This document shows positions 11,801 through 22,434 of a stretch of 43,966 nucleotides of DNA, in pieces; position 1 is the first letter of the stretch, and the number at the start of each line of letters is the position of its first letter. The stretch is taken from assembly GCA_049599895.1 (NCBI GenBank), contig JBMYPC010000006.1:1-43966 (forward strand), given 5' to 3'. The notes under the pieces were generated by a model. That model was not told the DNA's origin. It did no database searches and saw nothing but the letters and a program-made list of their open reading frames with translations. A program made the translations under genes and the position numbers. Source of the stretch: Bacteriovoracaceae bacterium (GTDB lineage: Bacteria; Bdellovibrionota; Bacteriovoracia; Bacteriovoracales; Bacteriovoracaceae).

Positions 11801-13012
11801 TTAATTAAAGACGCAAGAGGGGTTGAGAAAGAAAGATATCCTGCTCAATACGGTGCCACGATTTTCTTCGAAGAAGGAAAAGAAGTTCAAGTTGGTGACA
11901 GGCTAATTGAATGGGACCCGTTTGCGATTCCACTTCTTACTGAAGTTTCAGGGCGTGTAAAGTACGAAGACCTTGTTGTTGGTGCAACTGTTGCTGAGCA
12001 AATTGATGCTGTGACAGGTCTGACGACAAGAGTTGTTATTGACTCTAAAGATCCTTCACTTCAGCCAAGAATTGCGGTTGTTGACGATGAGGGGAACCCT
12101 GTTCTTGTTCCAGGGACCAAAAGACATGCGGTTTACCGAGTTCAAGTTGGCGCCAACATCATGGTTCAAGATGGTGATGAGACTAAAGTTGGTAGCGTTC
12201 TTTCTAAAATGTCACGTGAAACAACGAAGACAAAAGATATTACCGGTGGTCTTCCAAGGGTTGCAGAACTTTTTGAAGCGAGAAAGCCAGCTAATGCTGC
12301 GCAGATTTCTGATATCTCTGGAACAATTGAATTTGGCCCAGAGCTTAGAGGTTCGAGAAAGATTCTCGTAAGACCTGATGACGGTGGAGATCCTGTAACT
12401 TACTCAGTTCCAAAAGGTCGCTACGTGATCGTTAACGAAGGTGACTATATTAGATCTGGTGAGCCTATTATGGATGGGCCGTCTAATCCACACGATATCC
12501 TTAGAGTTAAAGGGATTAAAGCTCTTGCTCGCTACATTATTGATGAGATCCAAGAAGTTTATAGGCTTCAAGGGGTTAAGATCGATGATAAGCACATCGA
12601 GGTTATCGTTAGCCAAATGCTTAAGAAAATGGAAATCACTGATGCAGGTGATTCAAGCTTTGTTGTTGGTGAAACAGTCACTAAGCTTGAGTTCCTTGAA
12701 GAAAATGCAAGACTTAAAGAGCAAGATTACGAACTTGCTCAAGGTCGCCCAGTTCTTCTAGGGATCACAAAAGCATCTCTTTCTACGGATTCATTTATCT
12801 CTGCAGCTTCTTTCCAAGAGACGACTAAGGTTCTTACCCAGGCGACTCTCGAAGGTAAGAAGGACATGCTAAGAGGTCTTAAAGAAAACGTAATTATGGG
12901 AAGACTGATTCCAGCGGGAACAGGGATTTCTAAATACCGTGATTTTGACGCAGTTGTAGAAGACGATACAGTTGTCACTGCAGAAGATGACGGAATTAGC
13001 TTAAACTTTTAA
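8885..13012 (+). CDS. rpoC: RNA polymerase beta' subunit
   Basis: [12 protein letters not shown] active site; N-terminal Zn finger. Confidence 0.99.
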   Translation: MKDLLNFFDKPKDPISVDAVSIKMASPDTIREWSFGEVRKPETINYRTFKPERDGLFCAKIFGPIKDYECICGKYKRMKHRGVVCEKCGVEVTLSKVRRERCGHIELSTPVAHIWFLRSLPSRLGALLNLSLKELEKVLYYEAHIVTDSATADVEGGLEVGRVITEQQYQELKEQGVDFEAGMGGEIVKDMLRKIDLELEVKEIRKGLRNATTEMAKTKFVKRLKVVESILKSDNKPEWFMMDVIPVLPPDLRPLVPLEAGRFATSDLNDLYRRVINRNNRLMRLKELNAPEIIIRNEKRMLQEAVDALFDNGRRGKVFTGANKRPLRSLSDMLKGKQGRFRQNLLGKRVDYSGRSVIVVGPSLRLHQCGLPKLMALELFKPFIYNKLIEKGHCTTIKVAKRMVDSQKQEVWDILEEVVMEHPVLLNRAPTLHRLGIQGFEPVLIEGKAIQLHPLVCTAFNADFDGDQMAVHVPLSLEAQVECRVLAMSTNNILSPKDGTPIIVPTQDIVLGLYYMTRIRPYARGYGKTFASKEEAQFAYFTGNLHLQAPINVRVSGEMLETTVGRTFVFDVIPDCLEYSDINKILDKKALGKLIDKAYRVGTEKDTVLLADAIMRLGYENATKAGISININDMTIPSEKVDILAEAYKEVSGITEEYNEGSITNGERYNKIVDVWAQTNEQLTKVMLEKISTDTFVSEDGSEEDKAPSFNSLYMMADSGARGSTTQMRQLAAMRGLMAKPSGEIIETPITSNFREGLTVLQYFASTHGARKGLADTALKTANSGYLTRRLVDVAQDGIIRNTDCGSQDGVILTSRIEAGEVVEDVIERAMGRVLSTPIVDDTGAEIFPRNYLLTEKDVPKLKEHEVDQIKVRSVLTCDEKFGFCAHCFGRDLARGTMVSIGETVGVIAAQSIGEPGTQLTMRTFHVGGTATAGAQVNKTEVKTAGTVVYDNVKTAKTDDGTIIILNKTGELLIKDARGVEKERYPAQYGATIFFEEGKEVQVGDRLIEWDPFAIPLLTEVSGRVKYEDLVVGATVAEQIDAVTGLTTRVVIDSKDPSLQPRIAVVDDEGNPVLVPGTKRHAVYRVQVGANIMVQDGDETKVGSVLSKMSRETTKTKDITGGLPRVAELFEARKPANAAQISDISGTIEFGPELRGSRKILVRPDDGGDPVTYSVPKGRYVIVNEGDYIRSGEPIMDGPSNPHDILRVKGIKALARYIIDEIQEVYRLQGVKIDDKHIEVIVSQMLKKMEITDAGDSSFVVGETVTKLEFLEENARLKEQDYELAQGRPVLLGITKASLSTDSFISAASFQETTKVLTQATLEGKKDMLRGLKENVIMGRLIPAGTGISKYRDFDAVVEDDTVVTAEDDGISLNF

Positions 13013-13185
13013 CTCTAAGTAGTTAAAAATATGGCCCTTGCCTGAAAATGGCCCAGGGCCAAAAAATTTGTTCCAAAGTGTTGCTATAGGCCTTATCCCT
13101 GTGTTACATGATTGGAACCTTTATTAGTAGATGTTGTTAAGGGACTTTGCAGGTTTAGGCTGCAAAGGATAATTGAGGAGCTGTT

Positions 13186-13560
13186 ATGCCTACGATCAAT
13201 CAACTTATTCGCAAAGGTCGAGTTGATAAATTTGAAAAAACCAAGTCTCCAGCGCTTAAAGCGTGTCCTCAAAGACGTGGAGTTTGTACTCGTGTTTATA
13301 CCACGACACCAAAAAAGCCTAACTCGGCAATGAGAAAGGTTTGTCGTGTGAGATTAACAAGTGGATTTGAAGTTACATCATATATTGGTGGTGAAGGTCA
13401 CAACCTTCAAGAACACTCTATTGTTCTTATTAGAGGGGGAAGGGTAAAAGACCTTCCAGGTGTTCGTTACCATACTATCCGTGGTGCCCTTGATACTACT
13501 GGTGTTGAGAAAAGACGTCAGAGACGTTCTAAATATGGTGCTAAGAGACCTAAGAAATAA
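13186..13560 (+). CDS. rpsL: 30S ribosomal protein uS12
   Basis: [30 protein letters not shown]. Confidence 0.99.
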   Translation: MPTINQLIRKGRVDKFEKTKSPALKACPQRRGVCTRVYTTTPKKPNSAMRKVCRVRLTSGFEVTSYIGGEGHNLQEHSIVLIRGGRVKDLPGVRYHTIRGALDTTGVEKRRQRRSKYGAKRPKK

Positions 13561-13610
13561 CCCGAGGGGTTATTTCGCGTCGCAGACGACTAGGAAGCGT
13601 TAGCGCTCGG
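13554..13610 (+). repeat. Three-hairpin intercistronic element, copy R2 (overlaps rpsL stop)
   Basis: GAAATAACCC-GAG-GGGTTATTTC G CGTC-GCA-GACG A CTAGGAAGCGTTAGCGCTCGG. Confidence 0.9.
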
Positions 13611-13676
13611 TCGCATAAGGTAAAACAAAAGTTAAAGCAGAATTCGAAATAAAGAAAAAGCTGGAGTTAAAAAGAT

Positions 13677-14147
13677 ATGAGCCGTAAACACAGAGCTACC
13701 CCAAGACAAGTCCTTCCAGATCCAATCTATCAGGACGTTGTTGTGACAAAATTTGTTAACGCCCTTATGAAAGGCGGAGAAAAAGCTGTTGCTGAAAGAA
13801 TCTTCTACGGAGCTTTAAAGCAACTTGAAGGCAAGACAGGTGAAGAGCCACTAAAGACATTTAAGAAAGCTCTTTCAAATGTAAAGCCAGCTGTTGAAGT
13901 TAAATCAAGAAGAATCGGTGGGGCGACTTACCAGATTCCAGTTGAAGTAAGACCAGCAAGACGTCAATCACTAGCGATTAGATGGCTACGTGACTACGCA
14001 AGATCAAGAAATGGAAAGACTATGATTGATAAGCTTTCTGATGAGCTTTTTGATGCTGCTAACAATCGCGGTGGAGCGGTTAAGAAAAGAGAAGACGTTT
14101 ATAAAATGGCAGAAGCTAACAAGGCATTTGCTCACCTTAAGTGGTGA
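13677..14147 (+). CDS. rpsG: 30S ribosomal protein uS7
   Basis: [26 protein letters not shown]. Confidence 0.99.
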   Translation: MSRKHRATPRQVLPDPIYQDVVVTKFVNALMKGGEKAVAERIFYGALKQLEGKTGEEPLKTFKKALSNVKPAVEVKSRRIGGATYQIPVEVRPARRQSLAIRWLRDYARSRNGKTMIDKLSDELFDAANNRGGAVKKREDVYKMAEANKAFAHLKW

Positions 14148-14194
14148 TTTAGCGTTTTAGCTTTTACAAAAAAACAAAAAATCGTTTATAAAAG

Positions 14195-14220
14195 AAAGGG
14201 CTCTATTGGAGCCCTTTTTT
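14195..14220 (+). terminator. Intrinsic terminator between rpsG and fusA
   Basis: AAAGGGCTC-TATTG-GAGCCCTTT then TTT. Confidence 0.8.
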
Positions 14221-14256
14221 ATTTTAAAAAGAGTTCAAGTTTAGGAGTGCAGTCCC

Positions 14257-16335
14257 ATGGCCGACTTAAGTAAAATCCGAAATATCGGAATTATGGCCCA
14301 CATTGATGCTGGTAAAACCACAACCACTGAAAGAATCCTTTATTACACTGGAAAAAGTCATAAGATCGGAGAAGTTCATGATGGTGCAGCCACTATGGAC
14401 TGGATGGTTCAGGAGCAAGAAAGAGGAATCACGATTACTTCTGCCGCAACGACTTGTCCTTGGGATGGGCACGAGATCAATATTATCGATACTCCTGGCC
14501 ACGTTGATTTCACAATTGAAGTCGAAAGAGCGTTAAGAGTTCTTGATGGCGCTATTGGTGTTTTTGATGCGGTTTCTGGTGTTGAGCCTCAGTCGGAAAC
14601 AGTTTGGGGCCAGGCCGATAAATACAAGGTTCCAAGAGTTGCTTTCGTAAATAAAATGGATCGTGTTGGAGCTGATTTTTTCAATTGTATTGAAGAGATT
14701 GGTTCTAAGCTTGGAAAGCAGGCTACTGCGATTCAACTTCCTATTGGTGCCGAAGATGAGCATCAGGGGGTTGTCGATCTTGTTGAAATGAAAGCCTACG
14801 TTTTCGGTGACGAAGAGCTTGGTAAAAATGTTTCAGCTGAAGAGATTCCAGCTGACATGAAAGATGAAGCAGAAGAATATCGAGAAAAGCTTATTGAATC
14901 TCTTGCAGATTACGATGATGAGCTTGCAGAGAAATATCTTGGTGGTGAAGAGTTATCGGTAGATGAAATTAAAGCCGCCATTAGAAAGTCTGTTATTGAG
15001 CATGATTTCATTCCGGTTCTTTGTGGAAGTGCCTTTAAGAATAAAGGGGTCCAGCCTCTTTTAGATGCTGTTAATGCTTATCTTCCTTCACCTCTTGATC
15101 GAGGGGAAGTAAAGGGTGTTAACCCAAAAAAGACGGAAAAAGAAGAGGTGAGAAAGCCTGATCCTGAGGATGCCTTCTCTGGAATTATTTTTAAAATTGC
15201 GACGGATCCGTTTGTTGGAACATTAAGTTTTTTAAGAATCTATTCAGGGACTCTTAAAACTGGTCAGCAAGTGTTTAACCCTCATAAAAAGAAAAAAGAA
15301 CGTGTTCATAAAATTCTGAGAATGCACTCAAATAAACGAGAAGAAGTTGCCGAAGCAAAAGCGGGTGACATTGTTTCAATTACTGGGCCAAAAGATCTGG
15401 TAACTGGGGAAACCATCTGTATAGAGCACAGACCTGTTGTTTATGATCTTATGAATTTCCCTGAAACGGTGATTTCTGTTGCAATTGAACCTAAAACAAG
15501 TGCAGATGAAAAGAAAATGATGGAGAGTCTAAAGCAACTTAAGGTTGAAGACCCTTCATTTGGTTTTACTCATAATGCTGAAACCGGGCAGCTCCTGATT
15601 AATGGAATGGGTGAGCTTCACCTTGAAATTATTGCTGATCGACTTGAGCGTGAATTCAAAGTCGGTGTTCGAGTAGGTAAGCCACAAGTGAGTTACAGAG
15701 AAAGTATTCAAGATGTGGCGACAGTAGAAAAAGAATTTGTGAAAGAAGCAGGAGAAAAAGTTCAGTTTGGTAAGGTGACAATTAAAGTTGAGCCAGCTGA
15801 TTTTCAAGCTGGTGTTGATTTTGAAACGAAACTTACGAAAAGAGATCTGCCTGAAGATTATATTTCTGCAGTTAATGACAGTATTAACAACACTGCCCCA
15901 GGTGGTGCTTTAGCGGGATATCCTTTTATTAATATTAAGGCGACTCTAGAGTCTGCAGAATATCGAGAAGAAGAGTCTGCTGAAATTGCCTATACGATAG
16001 CTGCCTCGCAGGCATTTTCGGATGCTTGTCGAAAAGCAGGTCTTAGTCTTCTTGAGCCCGTTATGGAGATTGAGATTGTGACTCCGTCTGATTACACTGG
16101 GGATATTATTTCTGATATCAATATGAAAAAGGGAAAAATTCAGTCCATGGACTCTAAAGGGGCAAAAGAAGTGATTAAAGCTGATGTGCCTCTTCGAAAT
16201 ATGTTCGGATATAGTACAGATTTAAGATCTAAATCCCAAGGTCGAGCAAGTTTCACCATGACCTTTAAAAATTACAAAACCCTTTCTCACGACGAAGCGA
16301 AAAGTATTCTCGAGGCTAAAGGAATCTATATTTAA
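14257..16335 (+). CDS. fusA: Elongation factor G family GTPase with degenerate domain IV (possibly recycling-type EF-G2)
   Basis: [27 protein letters not shown] and NKMD intact; str-operon position; domain IV tip motifs not conserved. Confidence 0.95.
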   Translation: MADLSKIRNIGIMAHIDAGKTTTTERILYYTGKSHKIGEVHDGAATMDWMVQEQERGITITSAATTCPWDGHEINIIDTPGHVDFTIEVERALRVLDGAIGVFDAVSGVEPQSETVWGQADKYKVPRVAFVNKMDRVGADFFNCIEEIGSKLGKQATAIQLPIGAEDEHQGVVDLVEMKAYVFGDEELGKNVSAEEIPADMKDEAEEYREKLIESLADYDDELAEKYLGGEELSVDEIKAAIRKSVIEHDFIPVLCGSAFKNKGVQPLLDAVNAYLPSPLDRGEVKGVNPKKTEKEEVRKPDPEDAFSGIIFKIATDPFVGTLSFLRIYSGTLKTGQQVFNPHKKKKERVHKILRMHSNKREEVAEAKAGDIVSITGPKDLVTGETICIEHRPVVYDLMNFPETVISVAIEPKTSADEKKMMESLKQLKVEDPSFGFTHNAETGQLLINGMGELHLEIIADRLEREFKVGVRVGKPQVSYRESIQDVATVEKEFVKEAGEKVQFGKVTIKVEPADFQAGVDFETKLTKRDLPEDYISAVNDSINNTAPGGALAGYPFINIKATLESAEYREEESAEIAYTIAASQAFSDACRKAGLSLLEPVMEIEIVTPSDYTGDIISDINMKKGKIQSMDSKGAKEVIKADVPLRNMFGYSTDLRSKSQGRASFTMTFKNYKTLSHDEAKSILEAKGIYI

Positions 16336-16444
16336 TCCAAGAATATAATGAAAAACTTTCAGACACTCGATCTGCAATAGCCATTTAGTCTGGGGGGAGG
16401 CTATGCTTTTGCCATTATTCGCTTTCATTTCATAGGGGGATAAA

Positions 16445-17020
16445 ATGAAAAAAACTCTTTTAGCACTTTCTATGTTTGCAGGTTTTTCTTTAGCCGTTCA
16501 AGCTCTGTCAACAGTTGATCTTACAGGCCTTATTTCAAATAACTCATCAGAGCGGACTTTGAGTGTGAAAAGAACTTATCTTAAGTCTTTTATGAAGGAA
16601 ATTAATAAGGATTATAAAGCCGGTAAGGATATTTATTTCTATGATGATGAGGGGTATAAAAGATCTTTTGGTTTAAATGACGACTCAGTTTCTCAGTATG
16701 TTGATGATAGTGGTGAGGGGGCTGATGTGTTTTATGACTGCGCCGTTCCCGAAGAAGAGATTAGCTATTACATGGCCTATCAGGAAGGTGGAAGTCTTTG
16801 GTGGAATAAAATCGTTAACAAAGTGACAAACAAAGTTGTGGCCTATGTCGCGTATGTCACAACAAAGTTTGATGTTGATTTTGTGATGGACGATGACTCG
16901 ACTATCAATGTGAAAAACTGCTTAGTTGATTATGGTGCGATTGTCACAGACCCAAATGGCCAGCCGGCGAAAGTTATTGGGACTGATTATATCAATCTGG
17001 AAAACCACAAAGAATACTAA
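16445..17020 (+). CDS. Hypothetical secreted acidic protein
   Basis: Signal peptide MKKTLLALSMFAGFSLAVQA; SD AGGGGG; own terminator; no family recognised. Confidence 0.85.
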   Translation: MKKTLLALSMFAGFSLAVQALSTVDLTGLISNNSSERTLSVKRTYLKSFMKEINKDYKAGKDIYFYDDEGYKRSFGLNDDSVSQYVDDSGEGADVFYDCAVPEEEISYYMAYQEGGSLWWNKIVNKVTNKVVAYVAYVTTKFDVDFVMDDDSTINVKNCLVDYGAIVTDPNGQPAKVIGTDYINLENHKEY

Positions 17021-17050
17021 AGACTCTTAAAATTTTATTTGTTCTCTATT

Positions 17051-17082
17051 AAGCCCCGTTATTTACGGGGTTTTTTGTTTTT
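17051..17082 (+). terminator. Intrinsic terminator
   Basis: AAGCCCCGT-TATTT-ACGGGGTT followed by a long T tract. Confidence 0.85.
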
Positions 17083-17294
17083 TAGGATTGAAAATTTCAT
17101 TTGACTTGTATTCTATTCCATTCAAAGTCTCAAGGACTACTTTAAAGGCTTATTGAATCTTGATAGCGCTGCTGCATTTGTTGGGAAAATTACGAGTCGA
17201 CGTACTTTAGGCGGTGAAAACAAATGCTGCACCCCGCGTTTTGAAGCATTTTCCGGCCCTGCAAAATAAAATTTCGATTTTGAAATTATATTGA

Positions 17295-17323
17295 TTGACA
17301 AAGGGCCGCATAAAATTTAAAAA
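17295..17323 (+). promoter_or_regulatory. Candidate sigma70 promoter of S10 operon
   Basis: TTGACA-17 nt-TAAAAA; perfect -35, imperfect -10; lies after a terminator. Confidence 0.4.
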
Positions 17324-17357
17324 CATGCCTCACAATCCATATAAAGGGTAAAGACGG

Positions 17358-17666
17358 ATGAAAGCGACGCGATTGCGAATTAAGCTTAGAGCTTACGATT
17401 TTAAATTACTTGATAACTCAGTCAATGAGATCGTTCAAACTGCGAAAGAGACTGGTGCTAGAGTTGCTGGGCCAATCCCTCTTCCTACAGAGATTAATAA
17501 ATACACGGTGTTACGTTCACCTCATAAAGATAAAAAGTCTCGTGAGCAATTTGAAATGAGAACTCACAAGAGATTAATTGATATTGTTGATCCTACTCAG
17601 CAAACTGTTGATAGCCTAATGAAGTTAGATCTATCTGCTGGTGTTGATGTAGAAATTAAATACTAA
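17358..17666 (+). CDS. rpsJ: 30S ribosomal protein uS10
   Basis: [23 protein letters not shown]. Confidence 0.99.
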   Translation: MKATRLRIKLRAYDFKLLDNSVNEIVQTAKETGARVAGPIPLPTEINKYTVLRSPHKDKKSREQFEMRTHKRLIDIVDPTQQTVDSLMKLDLSAGVDVEIKY

Positions 17667-17726
17667 AGTTAACTATTAATAACCATGTACGCATCCCTGC
17701 GGTCAGGGTGATGCTGTGGAGGAAAG

Positions 17727-18455
17727 ATGTCCGAACAAACTCAAAATGAGAATGCTGAAGCACAAGCTGAAGCTTCAACTCCAGAAAACACAAAGAAAAC
17801 AGAAGGTACTGCTAGTTTAGATCTCACAAGCTTCGTGGGGCAAAAAGCTGGTATGACGAGAATTTTCGATGACAATGGAACAGAAATTCCTGTGACTGTT
17901 GTTAAGTTAATTCCTAACTTCGTTTCTCAGGTCAAAACTCAAGACAAAGATGGTTACAGCGCATACCAAGTTGGATACCACACGAAAAAAGAAAGAAGTC
18001 TTGATAAGCCAACTAAAACTAAGCTTTCAAAAGCTGGTATCAAAGAAGCCGTAACAAAATTTAAAGAGTTTAAAGTTGAAGAAGCAGATGCTGCTCAACT
18101 TGGTGCCAGGCTTGGGTATGGAACTTTTGCTACAGATACGTTTGTTGACGTAACTGGAACTTCAAAAGGTAAAGGCTTCCAAGGTGTTATTAAGCGTTAC
18201 GGATTCCGTGGTGGTCCAGGTGCACATGGTTCTAAGTTTCACAGAACAACTGGTTCTATTGGTAACAGAGCAACTCCAGGTAAAGTTTGGAAAAACAAGA
18301 AAATGCCAGGGCACATGGGTGATAAAACAAAAACAATTCAAAACCTTAAGGTTGTGGAAGTTAATACTGACAATGGTTACATGCTAATTAAAGGATCTAT
18401 TCCAGGATCTAAAGAAGGATTTGTAACTATTTCAAAAGCGCTCAAGAAGGCTTAA
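17727..18455 (+). CDS. rplC: 50S ribosomal protein uL3 with N-terminal extension
   Basis: KAGMTRIF, SKGKGFQGVIKR, KKMPGHMG; SD GGAGG before ATG 17727. Confidence 0.98.
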   Translation: MSEQTQNENAEAQAEASTPENTKKTEGTASLDLTSFVGQKAGMTRIFDDNGTEIPVTVVKLIPNFVSQVKTQDKDGYSAYQVGYHTKKERSLDKPTKTKLSKAGIKEAVTKFKEFKVEEADAAQLGARLGYGTFATDTFVDVTGTSKGKGFQGVIKRYGFRGGPGAHGSKFHRTTGSIGNRATPGKVWKNKKMPGHMGDKTKTIQNLKVVEVNTDNGYMLIKGSIPGSKEGFVTISKALKKA

Positions 18456-18471
18456 GGGGTAGGGGTTAGAT

Positions 18472-19086
18472 ATGGCAGATTTAAATGTTTTAAATAAACA
18501 ATTTAATGCTTCAGGGACTCTTTCAACTGATGTTGATCTAAGCGCCGAAGCTATTAACGTTCCTGTTGTTCATCAAGTGGTTAAATCTCTACTTGCTGAT
18601 AGAAGACAAGGTAACGCTTCAACTAAGACAAGATCTCAAGTAAGCGGTGGTGGTATTAAGCCATTTAAGCAAAAGGGAACTGGTCGTGCGAGACAAGGTT
18701 CAATTAGAGCTGCTCACATGGTCGGTGGTGGCCGTGCTCATGGTCCAAACCCAAGAGACTTTTCTCAAAAAGTTAATAAGAAGATGATGACTGTTGCGAT
18801 TCGTTCAATGATCGCCGACAAGCTTCAAGCTGGAAAGCTTACTGTTCTTGAAGAAATTGCTTCAAATGGTAAGACAAAAGAAATCTTTGCTGAGCTTAAT
18901 TCAAGAAATCTTCTTCCTGCACTTGTTATCACAGACAGTGTAGATTCTCCGGCTCTTAAAGCTGTGAGAAATATCAGAAATGCTAAGGCTGCTCCTGTTG
19001 AAGGTTTTAGTGTTTATGAATGTGTTAAGTATGAAAACCTAGTTATTGAAAAAGCTGCTTTAGAAAAGCTTTTAGCGAGAGTGTAA
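18472..19086 (+). CDS. rplD: 50S ribosomal protein uL4
   Basis: KPFKQKGTGRARQGS. Confidence 0.99.
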   Translation: MADLNVLNKQFNASGTLSTDVDLSAEAINVPVVHQVVKSLLADRRQGNASTKTRSQVSGGGIKPFKQKGTGRARQGSIRAAHMVGGGRAHGPNPRDFSQKVNKKMMTVAIRSMIADKLQAGKLTVLEEIASNGKTKEIFAELNSRNLLPALVITDSVDSPALKAVRNIRNAKAAPVEGFSVYECVKYENLVIEKAALEKLLARV

Positions 19087-19087
19087 C

Positions 19088-19375
19088 ATGCATGTAGAAG
19101 AAGTAATTGTTAAGCCGTTGATCACTGAGAAAACATCACTCCAATCTGAGACAGATAACAGATACGGATTTGTTGTTCAGTTAAAAGCCAATAAAAACCA
19201 GATTAAAAACGCAGTTGAGAGCCTTTACGATGTAAAAGTTCTTAACGTGAAAACTTCTGTTCTTCCTGGAAAGCTTAAAAGAGCGGGAACGAGAATCAGA
19301 AAAACTGGTAAAACGAAAAGAGCCCTAATCCAAATTGCAGAAGGACAAAAGATCGAATTCTTTAAGGGAATTTAA
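19088..19375 (+). CDS. rplW: 50S ribosomal protein uL23
   Basis: KPLITEK, ANKNQIKNAVE. Confidence 0.98.
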   Translation: MHVEEVIVKPLITEKTSLQSETDNRYGFVVQLKANKNQIKNAVESLYDVKVLNVKTSVLPGKLKRAGTRIRKTGKTKRALIQIAEGQKIEFFKGI

Positions 19376-19426
19376 TCTGGCTCAAGTGGAAGTTATTGAA
19401 AAGAAGCTATTGAAGAGGATTTAAAA

Positions 19427-20257
19427 ATGGCACTTAAAAAATTTAAACCAACATCGCCTTCATTAAGACAAATGCAAGTTCTTTCAAATGAAGAACTTAC
19501 AAAAGGTGTTAAAGGACCTAAGTCTTTATCAAAAGGTAAGTCTGCAAGTAACGGACGTAACAACCATGGACGAATTACTGTTCGTCATAGAGGTGGTGGG
19601 GTTAAGAGACGTTATAGAGTAGTTGATTTCAAAAGAAATAAATTAGATATCCCTGGAACTGTTAAAGCGATCACTTATGATCCGAACAGAACATGTAACC
19701 TTGCTCTCATTGCTTATGCTGATGGTGAGAAAAGATACATCTTGGCTCCTGCAAATCTTAAGGTTGGAGATAAGGTTATTGCTTCTGAGGAAGCTGATAT
19801 CAAGACAGGAAACTCAAAAACATTAGCAAGTATTCCTGTTGGTACACTTGTTCACAATGTTGAGCTTCACCCTGGTGCAGGTGGGCAGTTCGCAAGATCT
19901 GCTGGATCATACATCCAGGTTATGGCAAAAGAAGGAAACTCTGTTCTTTTAAGAATGCCTTCAGGTGAATTAAGAAAAGTGAAAAACAATTGTCGAGCGA
20001 CTATTGGTCAAGTTGGTAACAAAGATCATGAGCTAAGAGTGATTGGTAAAGCTGGTCGTAAGAGAAAGATGGGCTTCAGACCAACTGTTCGTGGTGTTGT
20101 TATGAACCCAGTTGATCACCCGCATGGTGGTGGTGAAGGACGTACTTCTGGTGGTCGTCACCCAGTATCTCCTTGGGGAACTCCAACTAAGGGTTATAAG
20201 ACAAGAAAGAATAAGAGAACTGACAAGTTCATCGTTAAGAGAAGAAATAAAAAGTAA
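19427..20257 (+). CDS. rplB: 50S ribosomal protein uL2
   Basis: [13 protein letters not shown]. Confidence 0.99.
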   Translation: MALKKFKPTSPSLRQMQVLSNEELTKGVKGPKSLSKGKSASNGRNNHGRITVRHRGGGVKRRYRVVDFKRNKLDIPGTVKAITYDPNRTCNLALIAYADGEKRYILAPANLKVGDKVIASEEADIKTGNSKTLASIPVGTLVHNVELHPGAGGQFARSAGSYIQVMAKEGNSVLLRMPSGELRKVKNNCRATIGQVGNKDHELRVIGKAGRKRKMGFRPTVRGVVMNPVDHPHGGGEGRTSGGRHPVSPWGTPTKGYKTRKNKRTDKFIVKRRNKK

Positions 20258-20284
20258 TTGGTAAATAATCCAAGAGGATAAGTT

Positions 20285-20563
20285 ATGGCGAGATCGTTGA
20301 AAAAAGGCCCTTACGTAGACTTCCAGTTAATGAAGAAAGTACTTGAGGCCCAAGAAGATGAAAAGAAAGGAAGCAAAGTGATCAAGACTTGGTCTAGAAG
20401 ATCAACAATTGTTCCTGAGTTTATTGGACTTACATTTGCGGTACATAACGGGAAAAAATTTATTCCTGTTTATGTTACAGACAACATGATCGGACATAAG
20501 CTTGGAGAATTTTCTCCAACGAGAACTTATTATGGTCACGGTGCAGATAAGAAGAAGAAATAG
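20285..20563 (+). CDS. rpsS: 30S ribosomal protein uS19
   Basis: [20 protein letters not shown]. Confidence 0.99.
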   Translation: MARSLKKGPYVDFQLMKKVLEAQEDEKKGSKVIKTWSRRSTIVPEFIGLTFAVHNGKKFIPVYVTDNMIGHKLGEFSPTRTYYGHGADKKKK

Positions 20564-20618
20564 CTAAAACCGTAAGGTTTTAGGGCGTCGCAGACGGTTA
20601 GTAAGCGTCAGCGCACGG
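20564..20618 (+). repeat. Three-hairpin intercistronic element, copy R3 (after rpsS)
   Basis: CTAAAACC-GTAA-GGTTTTAG GG CGTC-GCA-GACG G TTAGTAAGCGTCAGCGCACGG. Confidence 0.9.
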
Positions 20619-20646
20619 AGAAGAAATAAAAAGTAGGAGCCCTGAG

Positions 20647-20982
20647 ATGGCAATTGTAGTTAAAAATAGAAGAGTTGGTATTGCCCCTAGAAAAGTTAGG
20701 CAAGTTTGCGATGTTATTCGTAATAAAAAAGCTTCAGAAGCATTAAAGACATTAAGATTCTGTGAAAAGAAGGAAATTGCTTTAATTCTAACTAAGCTGA
20801 TTAACAGTGGACTGACTATTGCTTCAGATAGTGGAAAGTATGACCTTGATAACTTAGTTATCGGTCAGGTTTTTGCTGATGAAGGGCCAACGCTAAAGCG
20901 TATCCAGCCAAGAGCTCAAGGTCGTGCGTTTAGAGTGAGAAAGCGTACTAGTCATGTAACAATTGAATTAAAAGAGAAGTAA
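20647..20982 (+). CDS. rplV: 50S ribosomal protein uL22
   Basis: DEGPTLKRIQPRAQGRA, RKRTSHVT. Confidence 0.99.
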   Translation: MAIVVKNRRVGIAPRKVRQVCDVIRNKKASEALKTLRFCEKKEIALILTKLINSGLTIASDSGKYDLDNLVIGQVFADEGPTLKRIQPRAQGRAFRVRKRTSHVTIELKEK

Positions 20983-21025
20983 TAGAATTTAGCGTTAGTT
21001 AGGTTGTAACGAGGAAAGTAGTTTT

Positions 21026-21652
21026 ATGGGACAAAAAGTTCATCCGTATGGTTTCAGATTAGGTTACATTAAAGATTGGCATTCACGCTGGTATTCAAAT
21101 GATGGATACGCTGATCTTTTACACGAAGACATCAAGATCAGAGCCTATATCGAAAAAAATATGAAAAACGCTGCCGTATCTAAGACTGAGATTCAGAGAA
21201 CCTCAGATCAGGTAAAGGTAACTGTATATACAGCCAAGCCAGGTGTGGCGATTGGTAAGAAAGGTGCTGGAATCGACAAGATCAGAAATGACCTTGCAAA
21301 GATGACTAAGGGAACATTAATTTTCAATATTTCTGAAGTTAAGAGACCAGACGCAGATGCAAAGCTAATTGCAGAAAACATTGCTTCTCAGCTTGAGAAA
21401 CGTGTTGCTTTTAGAAGAGCGATGAAAAAAGTGATGCAATCAGCTTTTAGAGCTGGTGTAAAAGGTATCAGAGTGAGAACTGCTGGGCGTCTTGGTGGAG
21501 CTGAGATGGCAAGAGCGGAAGGATATTCTGAAAGAAAGGTTCCTCTTCATACTCTTAGAGCGGACATTGACTACAATACAGCGGAAGCGAAAACAACTTA
21601 CGGTGTGATTGGAGTTAAGGTTTGGGTTTATAAGGGAGAAATTTACAAATAG
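21026..21652 (+). CDS. rpsC: 30S ribosomal protein uS3
   Basis: [25 protein letters not shown]. Confidence 0.99.
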   Translation: MGQKVHPYGFRLGYIKDWHSRWYSNDGYADLLHEDIKIRAYIEKNMKNAAVSKTEIQRTSDQVKVTVYTAKPGVAIGKKGAGIDKIRNDLAKMTKGTLIFNISEVKRPDADAKLIAENIASQLEKRVAFRRAMKKVMQSAFRAGVKGIRVRTAGRLGGAEMARAEGYSERKVPLHTLRADIDYNTAEAKTTYGVIGVKVWVYKGEIYK

Positions 21653-21750
21653 CGTAAATTTTAGTATTAGAGTTCAACTCTTTAAAAGATGAAGTGGGAA
21701 AAGTAAAAATAGTCGTAACTAATTGAAATGACTGAAAGAGGATTTGAGAT

Positions 21751-22176
21751 ATGTTAAGCCCAAAAAAGGTGAAGTGGAGAAAGCAGCAAAAAGGTCGAAT
21801 GAAGGGTAAAGCTTACAGAGGCAATACTCTAACCTTTGGAGAGTTTGGTATACAGGCACTAACTTGTGGGTATATTACAAACCGCCAAATTGAAGCTGCC
21901 CGTATTGCGATGACTCGTAAGATTAAAAGGGGCGGTAATGTTTGGATTAAAATCTTCCCAGATAAGTCTCTTACGAAAAAACCTGCTGAAGTTCGTATGG
22001 GTAAAGGTAAAGGTTCTCCAGATAGTTGGGTAGCTGTTGTTAAGCCTGGAAGAGTAATGTTTGAAATTGCTGGGGTTGAAGAAGAACTAGCAAGGGATGC
22101 ATTGAAGCTTGCGATGTATAAGCTTCCAGTGAAGACGAAAATTATTAAAAAAGAAGCTGCAGTAGCTGCTGAATAA
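21751..22176 (+). CDS. rplP: 50S ribosomal protein uL16
   Basis: [17 protein letters not shown]. Confidence 0.99.
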   Translation: MLSPKKVKWRKQQKGRMKGKAYRGNTLTFGEFGIQALTCGYITNRQIEAARIAMTRKIKRGGNVWIKIFPDKSLTKKPAEVRMGKGKGSPDSWVAVVKPGRVMFEIAGVEEELARDALKLAMYKLPVKTKIIKKEAAVAAE

Positions 22177-22202
22177 ATAAATCGCAAAATATAGGTGATG
22201 TG

Positions 22203-22403
22203 ATGTTAAAGATTAGCGAAATTAAAACTTGGGATGAAAAAACAATTGAAGCGAAGAAAGCTGAATTAAGAAAGCAGTACTTCGAACTCAATATGCAAAA
22301 AGTTACGGGTGGAATTGAAAAGCCTCATATCTTTAGAGATATCAAAAAAGATATTGCAAGATGTGAGACAGCTTTAACTGAACTAAGAGCAAACAACGCT
22401 TAA
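22203..22403 (+). CDS. rpmC: 50S ribosomal protein uL29
   Basis: IKKDIARCET; synteny rplP-rpsQ; ATG 22203 after SD AGGTG (GTG 22200 is an alternative start). Confidence 0.95.
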   Translation: MLKISEIKTWDEKTIEAKKAELRKQYFELNMQKVTGGIEKPHIFRDIKKDIARCETALTELRANNA

Positions 22404-22434
22404 GTGAAAGACCAGTTGAGTCGAGGATAAGAAG

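Noticed and set aside
13032..13066. Hairpin after rpoC as a + strand terminator
   Set aside because: Followed by an A run rather than Ts; reinterpreted through its shared GGCCCWGGGCC motif.
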